NCBI RefSeq assembly: GCF_009831105.1
Contig: NZ_WUUQ01000001.1
Span: 900,001 to 932,000, forward strand
Length of the DNA: 32,000 nt
Direction: 5' to 3'
Source of the DNA: Copranaerobaculum intestinale
GTDB taxonomy: Bacteria > Bacillota_I > Bacilli_A > Erysipelotrichales > Erysipelotrichaceae
The notes under the pieces were generated by a model that saw nothing but the letters and a program-made list of their open reading frames with translations, searched no databases and was not told the origin of the DNA. The stretch's first letter is position 1; each line of letters begins with the position of its first letter. Positions 14,585-22,989 of this stretch are shown here, piece after piece. A program made the position numbers and the translations under genes.

Positions 14585-14592
14585 GTATCTTA

Positions 14593-15054
14593 TTATTTCA
14601 GCATTCGCTGCACAATTTTTACTGACAGCAGCGTTTTTTCAGAAATCTGTTCAACGCTGAGTCCTTCCTTGAAAAATCGTTTCACAACGATTGATAAGGG
14701 TTCTGCAATTTCAATAATATGCATATCCGGATCATAGATACGCAGTCCGCGCTGTCCCCAGCTATGCGTCTGAAGCGGATGTACCAGCTTTACCTGTTCC
14801 TGTTCAACAAGTTTCACAAATGCATCGAGATCATCTACTTCAGCGTAAATTTCGACGTCATTGCCGCCGAGCTTGATTTCCTTAGCATCCTTATGGATGA
14901 AGGTACTCCAGCTGTCTATCGTCTGAAAGGACAATCCTCCTGTTAAGGTGATGTTCTCTACAAAGTCACTGATCACGCGCATTTTGAACAGCTTTGCGTA
15001 AAATGCTTTTGTCTGTTCCAAATCGCGTGATATAAGCATGGTTGAAAATTTCAT
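14593..15054 (-). CDS. VOC (glyoxalase/bleomycin-resistance fold) family protein
   Basis: The beta-alpha-beta-beta-beta pattern is readable: LEQTKAFYAKLFKMRV...HSWGQRGLRIYDPDMHIIEI. Confidence 0.7.
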   Translation of the reverse strand: MKFSTMLISRDLEQTKAFYAKLFKMRVISDFVENITLTGGLSFQTIDSWSTFIHKDAKEIKLGGNDVEIYAEVDDLDAFVKLVEQEQVKLVHPLQTHSWGQRGLRIYDPDMHIIEIAEPLSIVVKRFFKEGLSVEQISEKTLLSVKIVQRMLK

Positions 15055-15066
15055 AATGTATCCTCC

Positions 15067-15495
15067 TTAAAATATCAGCAAACCGTTTTCATCGTAGCGA
15101 AAATTCGGTCCCCAGGCTACTTCCCAGTAATAATCATCTAAATCCTTGAAATAGGCGTGATAGCCGCCCCAGAATGCGTTCTGAGGTTTTTTCACGACAA
15201 TTCCTCCCGCTTGCTTCACCAAAGCGATAACTTCATCAACCTCTTCACGGCAGGGTACATTATAAGCAAGCGTGATTCCGTTGAAGCCTTTCGCAATCGA
15301 CAGGGTGGGATCGCCGATATCCTGCATCAGCTGCTCCAGCGGAAACAGCTCAAATTTGGTGCCGGGCGTATCAAAAAAGATAACGGCGGGCTGATCCTCT
15401 GTTTCATCCGTATGAAAGCCGAGCTTATCCCGATAAAAGTGAATGGACGCTGCCATATCCTTTACCCCTAAGCAGACACATGTAATTTTATTCAT
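15067..15495 (-). CDS. VOC family protein (glyoxalase/bleomycin-resistance fold)
   Basis: VCLGVKDMAASIHFYRDKLGF...GGYHAYFKDLDDYYWEVAW. Confidence 0.75.
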   Translation of the reverse strand: MNKITCVCLGVKDMAASIHFYRDKLGFHTDETEDQPAVIFFDTPGTKFELFPLEQLMQDIGDPTLSIAKGFNGITLAYNVPCREEVDEVIALVKQAGGIVVKKPQNAFWGGYHAYFKDLDDYYWEVAWGPNFRYDENGLLIF

Positions 15496-15524
15496 ATCCT
15501 TTACCTCCTGCCATTTATGATACG

Positions 15525-16331
15525 TTAAAACTTATAAAGTTCATTGTAAAAAACGGACATCTGCTTCTGGTAGGTGCGAGGAGTTAGCTTCATCACCTTT
15601 TGAAAGTCATGCAGAAAATGCGCTTCATCATAATACCCGCAAAGCTGTGCTATTTCGGTCAGTGCACAGGGGGTTGTCTGTAAAAGGTGAACGGCTTGAT
15701 TGATTCGCGCAATCCGCTGATATTGCTTCATTGAACAGCCGGTCTGTGACTGAAATAATCGTTGCAGATGACGTTGGCTGTAACCGATCCTTGCAGTGAT
15801 CGACGCGATGGACGCTCCTTGATGAAGCTGCTGATGAATAAAAGATATACTGCTGTCAGGCATTTCCAACCGCTTTAAAAATAAGGCATCGATGCCTTTG
15901 GTAAATTGTATGAGCGTATCACTGGTTTCATACAGCATGGATATATGATCACTAAAGGAAGGAAACACCGTATCCAGTGACAGGATCTGATTGTGGTATG
16001 CACTTTGACTGTGATGAAGGAATGCGAATGCGCCAGCTGGCAGAAATTCAATAAAAAAATGAAAATAAGTGTGGGCCGCATCGCTCATTACTTGTATGAC
16101 GGTGCTTGTGCTGCCCCAAAAACGACAGGAAATACCCGCATCGGTTACTTGAATCACAATGCATCCGGACGCATCAGGGACAAGGGTAAGTGTGGATTCA
16201 TCCGCAAAGAGCTGATTCTGCATGTAGGTGTAATGTGCGATTGTTTTACCTAGGAGCGGATGCGGTTTTAGATAAAGATGTTTTTTCTGATAAGCGTTCG
16301 CATCCTGATGAAGCAGCCAGTTAAGTTCCAT
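15525..16331 (-). CDS. AraC-family transcriptional regulator
   Basis: C-terminal double HTH: IASITARIGYSQRHLQRLFQSQTGCSMKQYQRIARINQA...IAQLCGYYDEAHFLHDFQKVMKLTPRTY. Confidence 0.85.
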   Translation of the reverse strand: MELNWLLHQDANAYQKKHLYLKPHPLLGKTIAHYTYMQNQLFADESTLTLVPDASGCIVIQVTDAGISCRFWGSTSTVIQVMSDAAHTYFHFFIEFLPAGAFAFLHHSQSAYHNQILSLDTVFPSFSDHISMLYETSDTLIQFTKGIDALFLKRLEMPDSSISFIHQQLHQGASIASITARIGYSQRHLQRLFQSQTGCSMKQYQRIARINQAVHLLQTTPCALTEIAQLCGYYDEAHFLHDFQKVMKLTPRTYQKQMSVFYNELYKF

Positions 16332-16403
16332 AGTAATTTCCTTTTTTGTGTATGTTTATTATAACATGGAAGATTTTCAATCCGTTTGTAATCCTGTAAT
16401 TTC

Positions 16404-16434
16404 CAGAAAAAAAGAAGATGCATTATGCATCTTC
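16404..16434 (-). terminator. intrinsic terminator of the PAP2/NifU-like pair
   Basis: GAAGATGCA / TGCATCTTC stem with the stop codon in the loop. The plus-strand A-run gives a T-run on the minus strand. Confidence 0.7.
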
Positions 16435-16659
16435 GGCAAGTCTTACTTCAACCACTCCCGGAACTTCTTCCAGAAGGATTGCTTCAACTCCATCTTTTAA
16501 AGTATCATCGATCATCAGACAGCCGGCACAGGCACCAAGCATTCTCACCGTGACGATTCCTTCTTCGAATTTCACAAATTCTACATCGCCGCCGTCATGC
16601 TGAATATAGGGACGAATTTTATCCAATACTTTTTTGATCTCTGTTTCTTTGGTTTCCAT
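16423..16659 (-). CDS. NifU-like (Nfu C-terminal type) Fe-S scaffold domain protein
   Basis: IRPYIQHDGGDVEFVKFEEGIVTVRMLGACAGC, the CxxC motif of Nfu-type domains. Confidence 0.8.
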   Translation of the reverse strand: METKETEIKKVLDKIRPYIQHDGGDVEFVKFEEGIVTVRMLGACAGCLMIDDTLKDGVEAILLEEVPGVVEVRLAEDA

Positions 16660-16674
16660 TAAATTTCCTCCTTT

Positions 16675-17133
16675 TTAGATCAGAAAATAAAACAGCAGGG
16701 TTTCTGTCAGACCGAGGATAAATCCTCCGATTACCTCAATCAGCCGATGACCCAGTACTTCCTTGATTTTTTCGTAATAGATTGGATCGGAAAATTCAAC
16801 TTCTCCGGATGCGGATAAATCATTGATCAGCTGTTTGGTGAGCTGAATGTTTTTGCCGGCATAATACCGCACGTTGATCGCATCGTAAATTACGATAAAG
16901 GAAAAGATTGCGGTTATCGCGAATAGTGACGAGGAAAGACCTTCCACTAAGGCGACTGCGGTTGACAGCGCTACTACCGTAGAGGTATGAGAGCTTGGAA
17001 AGCCGCCGCAGGATATCGTCTGCCGCATATCAAAGCGTTTGGTGCGTGACATCAGGAACAGCGGCTTCAGCAGCTGTGCTGTAACATTTGCAAGCAGCGC
17101 TGCAAACATCGGGAACATCGTTTCAATCATCAT
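16675..17133 (-). CDS. divergent PAP2-family membrane protein (DUF212 / YuiD-like)
   Basis: GGFPSSHTSTVVALSTAV motif and multiple TM helices. Confidence 0.75.
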   Translation of the reverse strand: MMIETMFPMFAALLANVTAQLLKPLFLMSRTKRFDMRQTISCGGFPSSHTSTVVALSTAVALVEGLSSSLFAITAIFSFIVIYDAINVRYYAGKNIQLTKQLINDLSASGEVEFSDPIYYEKIKEVLGHRLIEVIGGFILGLTETLLFYFLI

Positions 17134-17221
17134 CTATCGTAATGGATATAAATTCCATTATTCCTTTCTGCTGGATTCTTATCATAAGCTCCATTATTAT
17201 AACACAAAACACCCTTGTTTA

Positions 17222-17230
17222 TGATATAAT
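17222..17230 (+). promoter_or_regulatory. extended -10 promoter element (TGATATAAT) for the S1-domain/pgi unit
   Basis: TGnTATAAT about 25 nt upstream of the start codon. Confidence 0.45.
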
Positions 17231-17254
17231 TGATTCGCGAAAGAGGTGAACGGA

Positions 17255-17617
17255 ATGCATTATTTGGTAGGTAATATCGTGGAGGGGGTCATCACGGGAA
17301 TTCAGCCCTATGGTGCATTTGTCAGTCTGGACAACGATCATACCGGCTTGATTCACATATCCGAAATATCTTCCGGTTATGTGAAGGATGTGAATAAGTT
17401 TGTGAAGCTACATGAACGGGTTCGCGTTAAAATACTGGATATGGATGAAGAACAGAATCATTTTAAGCTGTCGCTGAAGGCGGTGAAGGCGCGCAATGTA
17501 AGAAAAGCCCGCAAGCATCCATCGCCGCGGCTTCCGGACATGATAATCGGATTTCGTTCCATCGCTGATAAAATGGATGACTGGCTGAAAGAGGCCGGCC
17601 GTAAGGAGGAAATATGA
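17255..17617 (+). CDS. S1 RNA-binding domain protein (YugI / general stress protein 13-like)
   Basis: GNIVEGVITGIQPYGAFVSLDNDHTGLIHISEIS...VRVKILDMDEE. ATG 17255 lies about 6 nt after AAAGAGGTGA. Confidence 0.8.
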   Translation: MHYLVGNIVEGVITGIQPYGAFVSLDNDHTGLIHISEISSGYVKDVNKFVKLHERVRVKILDMDEEQNHFKLSLKAVKARNVRKARKHPSPRLPDMIIGFRSIADKMDDWLKEAGRKEEI

Positions 17618-18888
17618 TTACTTTTGAAACCGCACATGCATACCTGAGTGAAGATGTAAAGTCATATCAAAAGGAAGTTACTCGCCTTCATGAACAGTTA
17701 ATGAATAAAACCGGAAAGGGCAGCGACTATGTAGGCTGGGTGGAATGGCCCAATGCCTATGATAAGGAAGAATTTGCACGAATCAAAAAGGCTGCGGCGG
17801 TAATTGCGAAGCAGTGTGACGTTTTCCTAGTCTGCGGCATCGGCGGTTCTTATCTGGGAGCTCGTGCCGCAATCGAAACGATCAACGGTCTGTATGCTGA
17901 TAAGCAGCCGGAAGTCATTTTTATCGGCAATACTTTTTCATCAACCTATATTATGCAGGTTCTGAATTATATCAAGGATAAAGAGGTTGTCGTAAATGTA
18001 ATTTCCAAATCAGGTACGACTACTGAAACGGCGCTGGCTTTTAGACTGCTGAAACAGTTTATGGAAAAAAAATACGGAAAGGCTGAAGCTGCGAAACGCA
18101 TTTATGCGACAACGGATAAAAATAAAGGAACCTTGAAAACGATCGCCGATAAGGAGGGCTATGAAACCTTTGCCATACCTGATGACATCGGAGGCCGCTT
18201 CTCTGTAATTACTGCGGTAGGCTTGCTGCCGATCGCAGTAGCCGGTATTGATATTGACGCACTGATGGAAGGAACCCGTAAAGCTTATCAGGATCTTGCG
18301 GATCCAAATCTGGAAAAGAATCCGGCCTATGCCTATGCAGTAGCCCGCCGGATCTTAGAGAAACAGGGGAAATGTGCCGAAATGCTTGTCAGCTATGAAT
18401 TTCAGATGAGCTCCTTTGCAGAATGGTGGAAGCAGCTGTTCGGTGAGAGCGAGGGCAAGGACGGCCGTGGAATTTTGCCATGCAGCGCGGTGTTCTCTAC
18501 TGATCTGCATTCACTTGGACAATTTATTCAGGATGGCAATAAAATGCTGTTTGAAACGCTGCTGATGGTTGACAAGCCGCAGCAGGATATGATCTTCCCG
18601 GAAGATAAGGACAATGCGGACGGCATGAATTATCTAGCCGGCAAGAGCCTTGATTATGTCAATAAAATGGCCTGCAAGGGTACGCTGGAAGCGCATGAAA
18701 TCACCGGTAAAGTGCCTAATCTGATGATTACGATTCCAGAACTGAACGCTGAGAGCTTCGGTTATGTGTGTTACTTCTTCTTCCGTGCGGTTGCGATGAG
18801 CGTTTATTTACAGGACAGCAATCCGTTTGATCAGCCGGGTGTTGAGGTTTATAAGAAAAATATGTTCCGGCTGCTGGGGAAGAACTAG
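17614..18888 (+). CDS. pgi: glucose-6-phosphate isomerase
   Basis: Gram-positive-type PGI of about 425-450 aa: GIGGSYLGARA, ISKSGTTTET, GGRFSV, FGESEGK. The ATGA start overlaps the stop of the S1 gene. Confidence 0.9.
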   Translation: MITFETAHAYLSEDVKSYQKEVTRLHEQLMNKTGKGSDYVGWVEWPNAYDKEEFARIKKAAAVIAKQCDVFLVCGIGGSYLGARAAIETINGLYADKQPEVIFIGNTFSSTYIMQVLNYIKDKEVVVNVISKSGTTTETALAFRLLKQFMEKKYGKAEAAKRIYATTDKNKGTLKTIADKEGYETFAIPDDIGGRFSVITAVGLLPIAVAGIDIDALMEGTRKAYQDLADPNLEKNPAYAYAVARRILEKQGKCAEMLVSYEFQMSSFAEWWKQLFGESEGKDGRGILPCSAVFSTDLHSLGQFIQDGNKMLFETLLMVDKPQQDMIFPEDKDNADGMNYLAGKSLDYVNKMACKGTLEAHEITGKVPNLMITIPELNAESFGYVCYFFFRAVAMSVYLQDSNPFDQPGVEVYKKNMFRLLGKN

Positions 18889-18890
18889 CG

Positions 18891-19148
18891 ATGGAAGAAA
18901 TTGAATATCGTTTTGATACCCAACTGCTGATCGAGGGAAAAAATTTGTCAGAGGACGCAATTCATGATTACATTATCAAGAATATAGAGGGCGACTGTCT
19001 GCTGGCGGTCGGAGATGATGAACTGATCAAGATTCATTTTCATACCAATACCCCTTGGAAGCTGTTGGAATATGCCGCAAGCCTTGGTGATATTCATGAC
19101 ATTGTTGTAGAAAATATGGTACGTCAGGCAAACGGGTTGCAGGGATAA
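18891..19148 (+). CDS. stand-alone small protein resembling the C-terminal domain of DAK2-fusion (YloV/FakA) proteins
   Basis: GDCLLAVGDDELIKIHFHTNTPWKLLEYAASLGDIHDIVVENM matches, from memory, the ...kvHvHTn.P...G.l..i.i.nM pattern of that family. Confidence 0.5.
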   Translation: MEEIEYRFDTQLLIEGKNLSEDAIHDYIIKNIEGDCLLAVGDDELIKIHFHTNTPWKLLEYAASLGDIHDIVVENMVRQANGLQG

Positions 19149-19153
19149 TAAAT

Positions 19154-19188
19154 AAAGAAGTCAGGCGATGTCAGCCAGACTTCTTTTC
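19154..19188 (+). terminator. intrinsic terminator
   Basis: AAAGAAGTC ... GACTTCTTT followed by TC. Confidence 0.7.
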
Positions 19189-19278
19189 TATATCCTTTAT
19201 ACAAGGTTATTTCATATTATGTGAAACGGCGAGATACAGGCTCTTGGGATTACAACATATTACTTGCGTATCACCAGC

Positions 19279-19308
19279 TAAAAGAAAAGAAGCCGCAGCT
19301 TCTTTTTT
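19279..19308 (-). terminator. intrinsic (bidirectional) terminator after the YhgE/Pip gene
   Basis: AAGAAGC, CGCA loop, GCTTCTT, flanked by an A-rich run on one side and a T-rich run on the other. Confidence 0.55.
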
Positions 19309-19318
19309 ATGATTTCGC

Positions 19319-21508
19319 TTAGTGATATTGGGCAAGGCGTGTTTGCTCAAATTGTTCATCGCTTAATGTTACCTTCCATTTGTAGAATAGAATCGATAAT
19401 GCGGAGAAGACAATGATCATGGCAGCGAAAATCAGAGCATCACTTCCGACATTGCCGCTCATGGCCAGCGTCTGACGGAATGCATGAACGCTGTATGTGA
19501 ACGGCATGAACGGATGGATAGCAAGATAAAATGCATTGGATGTTTCAATCGGATAGGTACCGGCGGCACCGCCTAGCTGAAAGACCATGAAAATCAGCAC
19601 TAGGAATGCTCCGATTTTGCCGCAGGTGATGTTGAAAAAGACAATCATCGACATAAAGGCCGCAGATATCAAAATCGCCATTAAGAAGGTAGCGGCGACA
19701 TTTGCCGGCTGCATCCCATTGATGCCCATTAATGCCGCAATCATCAGGACTGCTTGGATTGTAGAAACGGTAAACATGACACTTGCCTTATTTAGCCAGA
19801 GCTTGAATCCAGATTCCTTTTCACTGCCGTTTTTCATCAGAGGATACATGAGCGTGAAGGCCATGCATGCGACATACATGCCGACCGACATCATATACGG
19901 TGCCATCGCATGTCCGTTATTTTTTACTTCATACATTTCTGAATGCCTGGTAGTCAACGGTTCAGCCATCATTTTCATGGTTTCATCACTGATGTTCATC
20001 TGGCTCTTGGCCGCACCGTCACCTAGTTTTTTACTTAATTCATCAGTGCCGTTCTTTAAGGTTGTGAGCCCGCTTCCCATGGTTGAGGAACCCGAGGCAA
20101 GCTGGAAGGCGCCGCTGCTGATCGCGGAAGAACCGCCGTTCAGCTGCGCCATACCATTCAGCAGCGTTTTGTTGGTGTTGGTCAGGGCTGCTGCTCCCTG
20201 ATTCAGCTTGCGGACACCAGCTGTATACTGGGCAAGTCCGGCAGCCAGTCCCTCATCCCCATTTACTGACGCATTCATTTTGCTCAGTCCGGTATTGAGC
20301 TTTTCTGCACCGGCAATCAGTCCCTGGGTTGGATCAGGATCGTCCAATACCTTCTGTAGTGCCTGCAGGTTGGCTGAAAATTCACCGATAGTAGCATAAT
20401 TCTGTTTATTCATATTGTCCATAGTTCCAAGCAGCGTGCTGAGGGAAGTATTGTTAGCGCTCAGCGTGTCGGCAGCGGCTTGTATCGCTTTTTTCTGGTC
20501 GGTGGTCAAGTTATTTTGATCCATTGCAGTTAAGGCATTCGCTGCATTGGAATTGGCGATCAGCTGAGGATCAATCAATTCGGCTTTCAGCTTGGCAGCC
20601 GTTTCGTTATTTAGATTTTGCAGAGTCTGTAAAGCCTGTAATTTCTCCGGCGTCATCTGTGCTTTTAATTTACCAGATGTTAATTGCAGCCCGTTCAGTA
20701 AATTCTGACTGCCGTTCTCAGCATTGGTGATACCAGTTCCCAGCTTTGATATACCGCCGTTCAGACCACTGCTTTTTTCATTCAGCAGCTTGGTACCGCT
20801 GTACACTTCATCAACGCCTTCAGTATAAAGCATTAACCCGTTTTCCAGGGTCTGGGCACCATCACGGAAGGTTAAGGTACTCGCAGACAGTACCTTCAGA
20901 TTGTCATGAATAGCAGCATTGCCAATAACCAATTGATCGACGCCGGTGTTCAGCTTTACGGAGCCATTGCTGGCATCCTTTAATCCTTTGCTCAGCGTTC
21001 CCACCTGATCAAACAGTGTATCTGCATAGGTGTGAGTTACCGTAGCGGAAACACTGGCCTTGATCTTGTTGATGGCGGTTTCATCCATCTTGGATGCGAT
21101 ATAATTGGTTCCCGGATTGGTTTCATATTTCAGAACCATTTTTTTCGGATTTTCATTCAACAGCGTTGTGGCATTTTTTGAAAAGTTTTTGGGAATGGTG
21201 ATTACCATATAATAATCTCCGTTCTTCAATCCTTTTTTTGCTTTCTTAGCACTGGTGAATTCAAATTTCATCGACTGATTATCTTTTAGATTATCTGCCA
21301 GATCTTTTCCAATGTGCATTTTCGCTGACTGGAATGTAACCGGTCTATCCTCATTTACGACTGCCACCGGAATCTGATCGGCTTTTCCGTAAGGATCCCA
21401 CATGGATCCTAAAAACACCCCGGCATATACCGAAGGGATGATCATAATGGCGGCCATTACGATGCGAAGCCAATTACTTTTGAATATCTGCTTCCATTCT
21501 TCTTTCAT
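19319..21508 (-). CDS. YhgE/Pip-domain membrane protein
   Basis: N-terminal TM helix, a long extracellular helical low-complexity region with repeated L-x-x-G / N-x-L periodicity, and a C-terminal ABC-2-like bundle of 5 TM helices. Confidence 0.8.
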   Translation of the reverse strand: MKEEWKQIFKSNWLRIVMAAIMIIPSVYAGVFLGSMWDPYGKADQIPVAVVNEDRPVTFQSAKMHIGKDLADNLKDNQSMKFEFTSAKKAKKGLKNGDYYMVITIPKNFSKNATTLLNENPKKMVLKYETNPGTNYIASKMDETAINKIKASVSATVTHTYADTLFDQVGTLSKGLKDASNGSVKLNTGVDQLVIGNAAIHDNLKVLSASTLTFRDGAQTLENGLMLYTEGVDEVYSGTKLLNEKSSGLNGGISKLGTGITNAENGSQNLLNGLQLTSGKLKAQMTPEKLQALQTLQNLNNETAAKLKAELIDPQLIANSNAANALTAMDQNNLTTDQKKAIQAAADTLSANNTSLSTLLGTMDNMNKQNYATIGEFSANLQALQKVLDDPDPTQGLIAGAEKLNTGLSKMNASVNGDEGLAAGLAQYTAGVRKLNQGAAALTNTNKTLLNGMAQLNGGSSAISSGAFQLASGSSTMGSGLTTLKNGTDELSKKLGDGAAKSQMNISDETMKMMAEPLTTRHSEMYEVKNNGHAMAPYMMSVGMYVACMAFTLMYPLMKNGSEKESGFKLWLNKASVMFTVSTIQAVLMIAALMGINGMQPANVAATFLMAILISAAFMSMIVFFNITCGKIGAFLVLIFMVFQLGGAAGTYPIETSNAFYLAIHPFMPFTYSVHAFRQTLAMSGNVGSDALIFAAMIIVFSALSILFYKWKVTLSDEQFEQTRLAQYH

Positions 21509-21644
21509 TTACAACACTCTTCCTTTCAAATCCGAATGAGTTTTCACTCATTCATCGTTGAACATTATATTCCGGCTGTAAGTTTTGTATATAAACAAAA
21601 TAGCAATTTTGTATAAAAGGCAGACAGGTTCATTTGGTGTGTCA

Positions 21645-21671
21645 TAAAAAAACATACAGCGAGCTGTATGT
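21645..21671 (-). terminator. intrinsic terminator after apbE
   Basis: ACATACAGC / GCTGTATGT stem with a T-run on the minus strand. It overlaps the stop codon. Confidence 0.7.
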
Positions 21672-22780
21672 TAATGAAATGTAATCTGTTTTTTTAAATC
21701 TGATGTAATAACTAGATCATAATTACCCGCAGGATAGGTTTTCACGCCTTTTGGAGCGGGCTTTTGCTGATCAAATACCCATATTGCCTGAATATCCATG
21801 CCATCCTTTTTCAGCTTATTTATCAGCTTAGAGCCTTCTTCATAGGAAAGGGTGAATAAGGTGGTAGACAAGGCATCCGCAATGCCGCTGTCTTTTGTAA
21901 GAACCGTGACCGCCCGCTGATGATCGGCAGGCATGAGGGTATCGGGATCGATGATGTGATGAATCATTTTGCCGTTAACCAGATAGTAGCGCTGATAGTC
22001 ACCGCTGGTGACAAAGCTGTAATCCTTCTGTACTTCGATGCTTGCAAGCGAGCCGCTGTCCTTTGGGTTAGGGGATTGAATACCAATACTCCATGTTTTA
22101 TCCTCTGGCTTACTGCCGATCAGGCGAACATTGCCTCCGGCATTGATGATTGCGTGTTTCAAACCCTGCTTTTTCAAAGCCTTGGCAACCTGTTCAGTAG
22201 CAAACCCCTTCGCGATTGCCCCAACATCCAGCTGCACTTCTGATTTGGTCAGAAAAACTGTCTGTGCCTGCTCATCGATCTTTAAATAATCGAAACCGGC
22301 ATTGTTTTTCGCGTCCTTTAAGGTTTGAAGGTCAGGCAGTACTCCGGATTTACCCTGTTCATTCAGCAGCGTTCCCGCGTCTCTTGCATCATGCCAAATA
22401 TCCAAGACGGAGCCCATTGTTATATCGAGATGATGCCCGCTTGCTTCATAGTATTGCTTTGCCAGCTTCAGCATCTGGATGATTGAGGAATCTACCAAAA
22501 CCGGAGCGATGCCGGCCTGATCGTTAATGGTCTTTATATTGTTGACAGCGGGGTAGTTATGATATTTGTCAAACAGCTGATGATAATGAAGAAAATCTTT
22601 CTTCATCTGCCGAAAGAAGGATTGAAAGGTTTTTTCATCTTTCGTATACGCAATCAGGGTGATCGGCGTATCAAAACCGGATTCGGTAGTTGTGGACGAA
22701 TATTTATGCAGCTCATTACGAGAGCCGGCACAGCCGCTGATCAAGAGTGCGGCCAAGATCGTTAAAATTGTTTTTTTCAT
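21671..22780 (-). CDS. apbE: FAD:protein FMN transferase (ApbE-family lipoprotein)
   Basis: MKKTILTILAALLISGCAGS contains a lipobox. ApbE-like blocks are present: DVGAIAKGFA, SGDYQRY, HHIIDP. It is divergent from the rnf operon. The ORF-track start at 22831 precedes the signal peptide. Confidence 0.85.
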   Translation of the reverse strand: MKKTILTILAALLISGCAGSRNELHKYSSTTTESGFDTPITLIAYTKDEKTFQSFFRQMKKDFLHYHQLFDKYHNYPAVNNIKTINDQAGIAPVLVDSSIIQMLKLAKQYYEASGHHLDITMGSVLDIWHDARDAGTLLNEQGKSGVLPDLQTLKDAKNNAGFDYLKIDEQAQTVFLTKSEVQLDVGAIAKGFATEQVAKALKKQGLKHAIINAGGNVRLIGSKPEDKTWSIGIQSPNPKDSGSLASIEVQKDYSFVTSGDYQRYYLVNGKMIHHIIDPDTLMPADHQRAVTVLTKDSGIADALSTTLFTLSYEEGSKLINKLKKDGMDIQAIWVFDQQKPAPKGVKTYPAGNYDLVITSDLKKQITFH

Positions 22781-22925
22781 AGCTTCACCGGGGGTATTAT
22801 ACCACATTTTTAAATGATTTACGCATTTCATGAAGTTTGTGAAACCGATAAGAAAGAGCGAAAGAATGCAGGGAATTGGTAAATTGTGAAATTTATAATT
22901 AAAGCTTTTTATAGATTGGTGAAAA

Positions 22926-22934
22926 TGCTATAAT
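22926..22934 (+). promoter_or_regulatory. extended -10 element (TGCTATAAT) upstream of rnfC
   Basis: TGnTATAAT lies 56 nt before the rnfC ATG. An AACTGT / ACAGTT hairpin follows in the leader (22946-22966). Confidence 0.4.
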
Positions 22935-22989
22935 TATGCTGGCGTAACTGTAAGAGAAGGACAGTTCGTAGGAGATAAGGAAAGGAAGG

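Noticed and set aside
19587-20730. Plus-strand ORFs (204, 63 and 68 aa) inside the YhgE/Pip gene
   Set aside because: They run antisense to a long, well-supported CDS, have low-complexity Ala/Pro/Ser composition, and lack an RBS.
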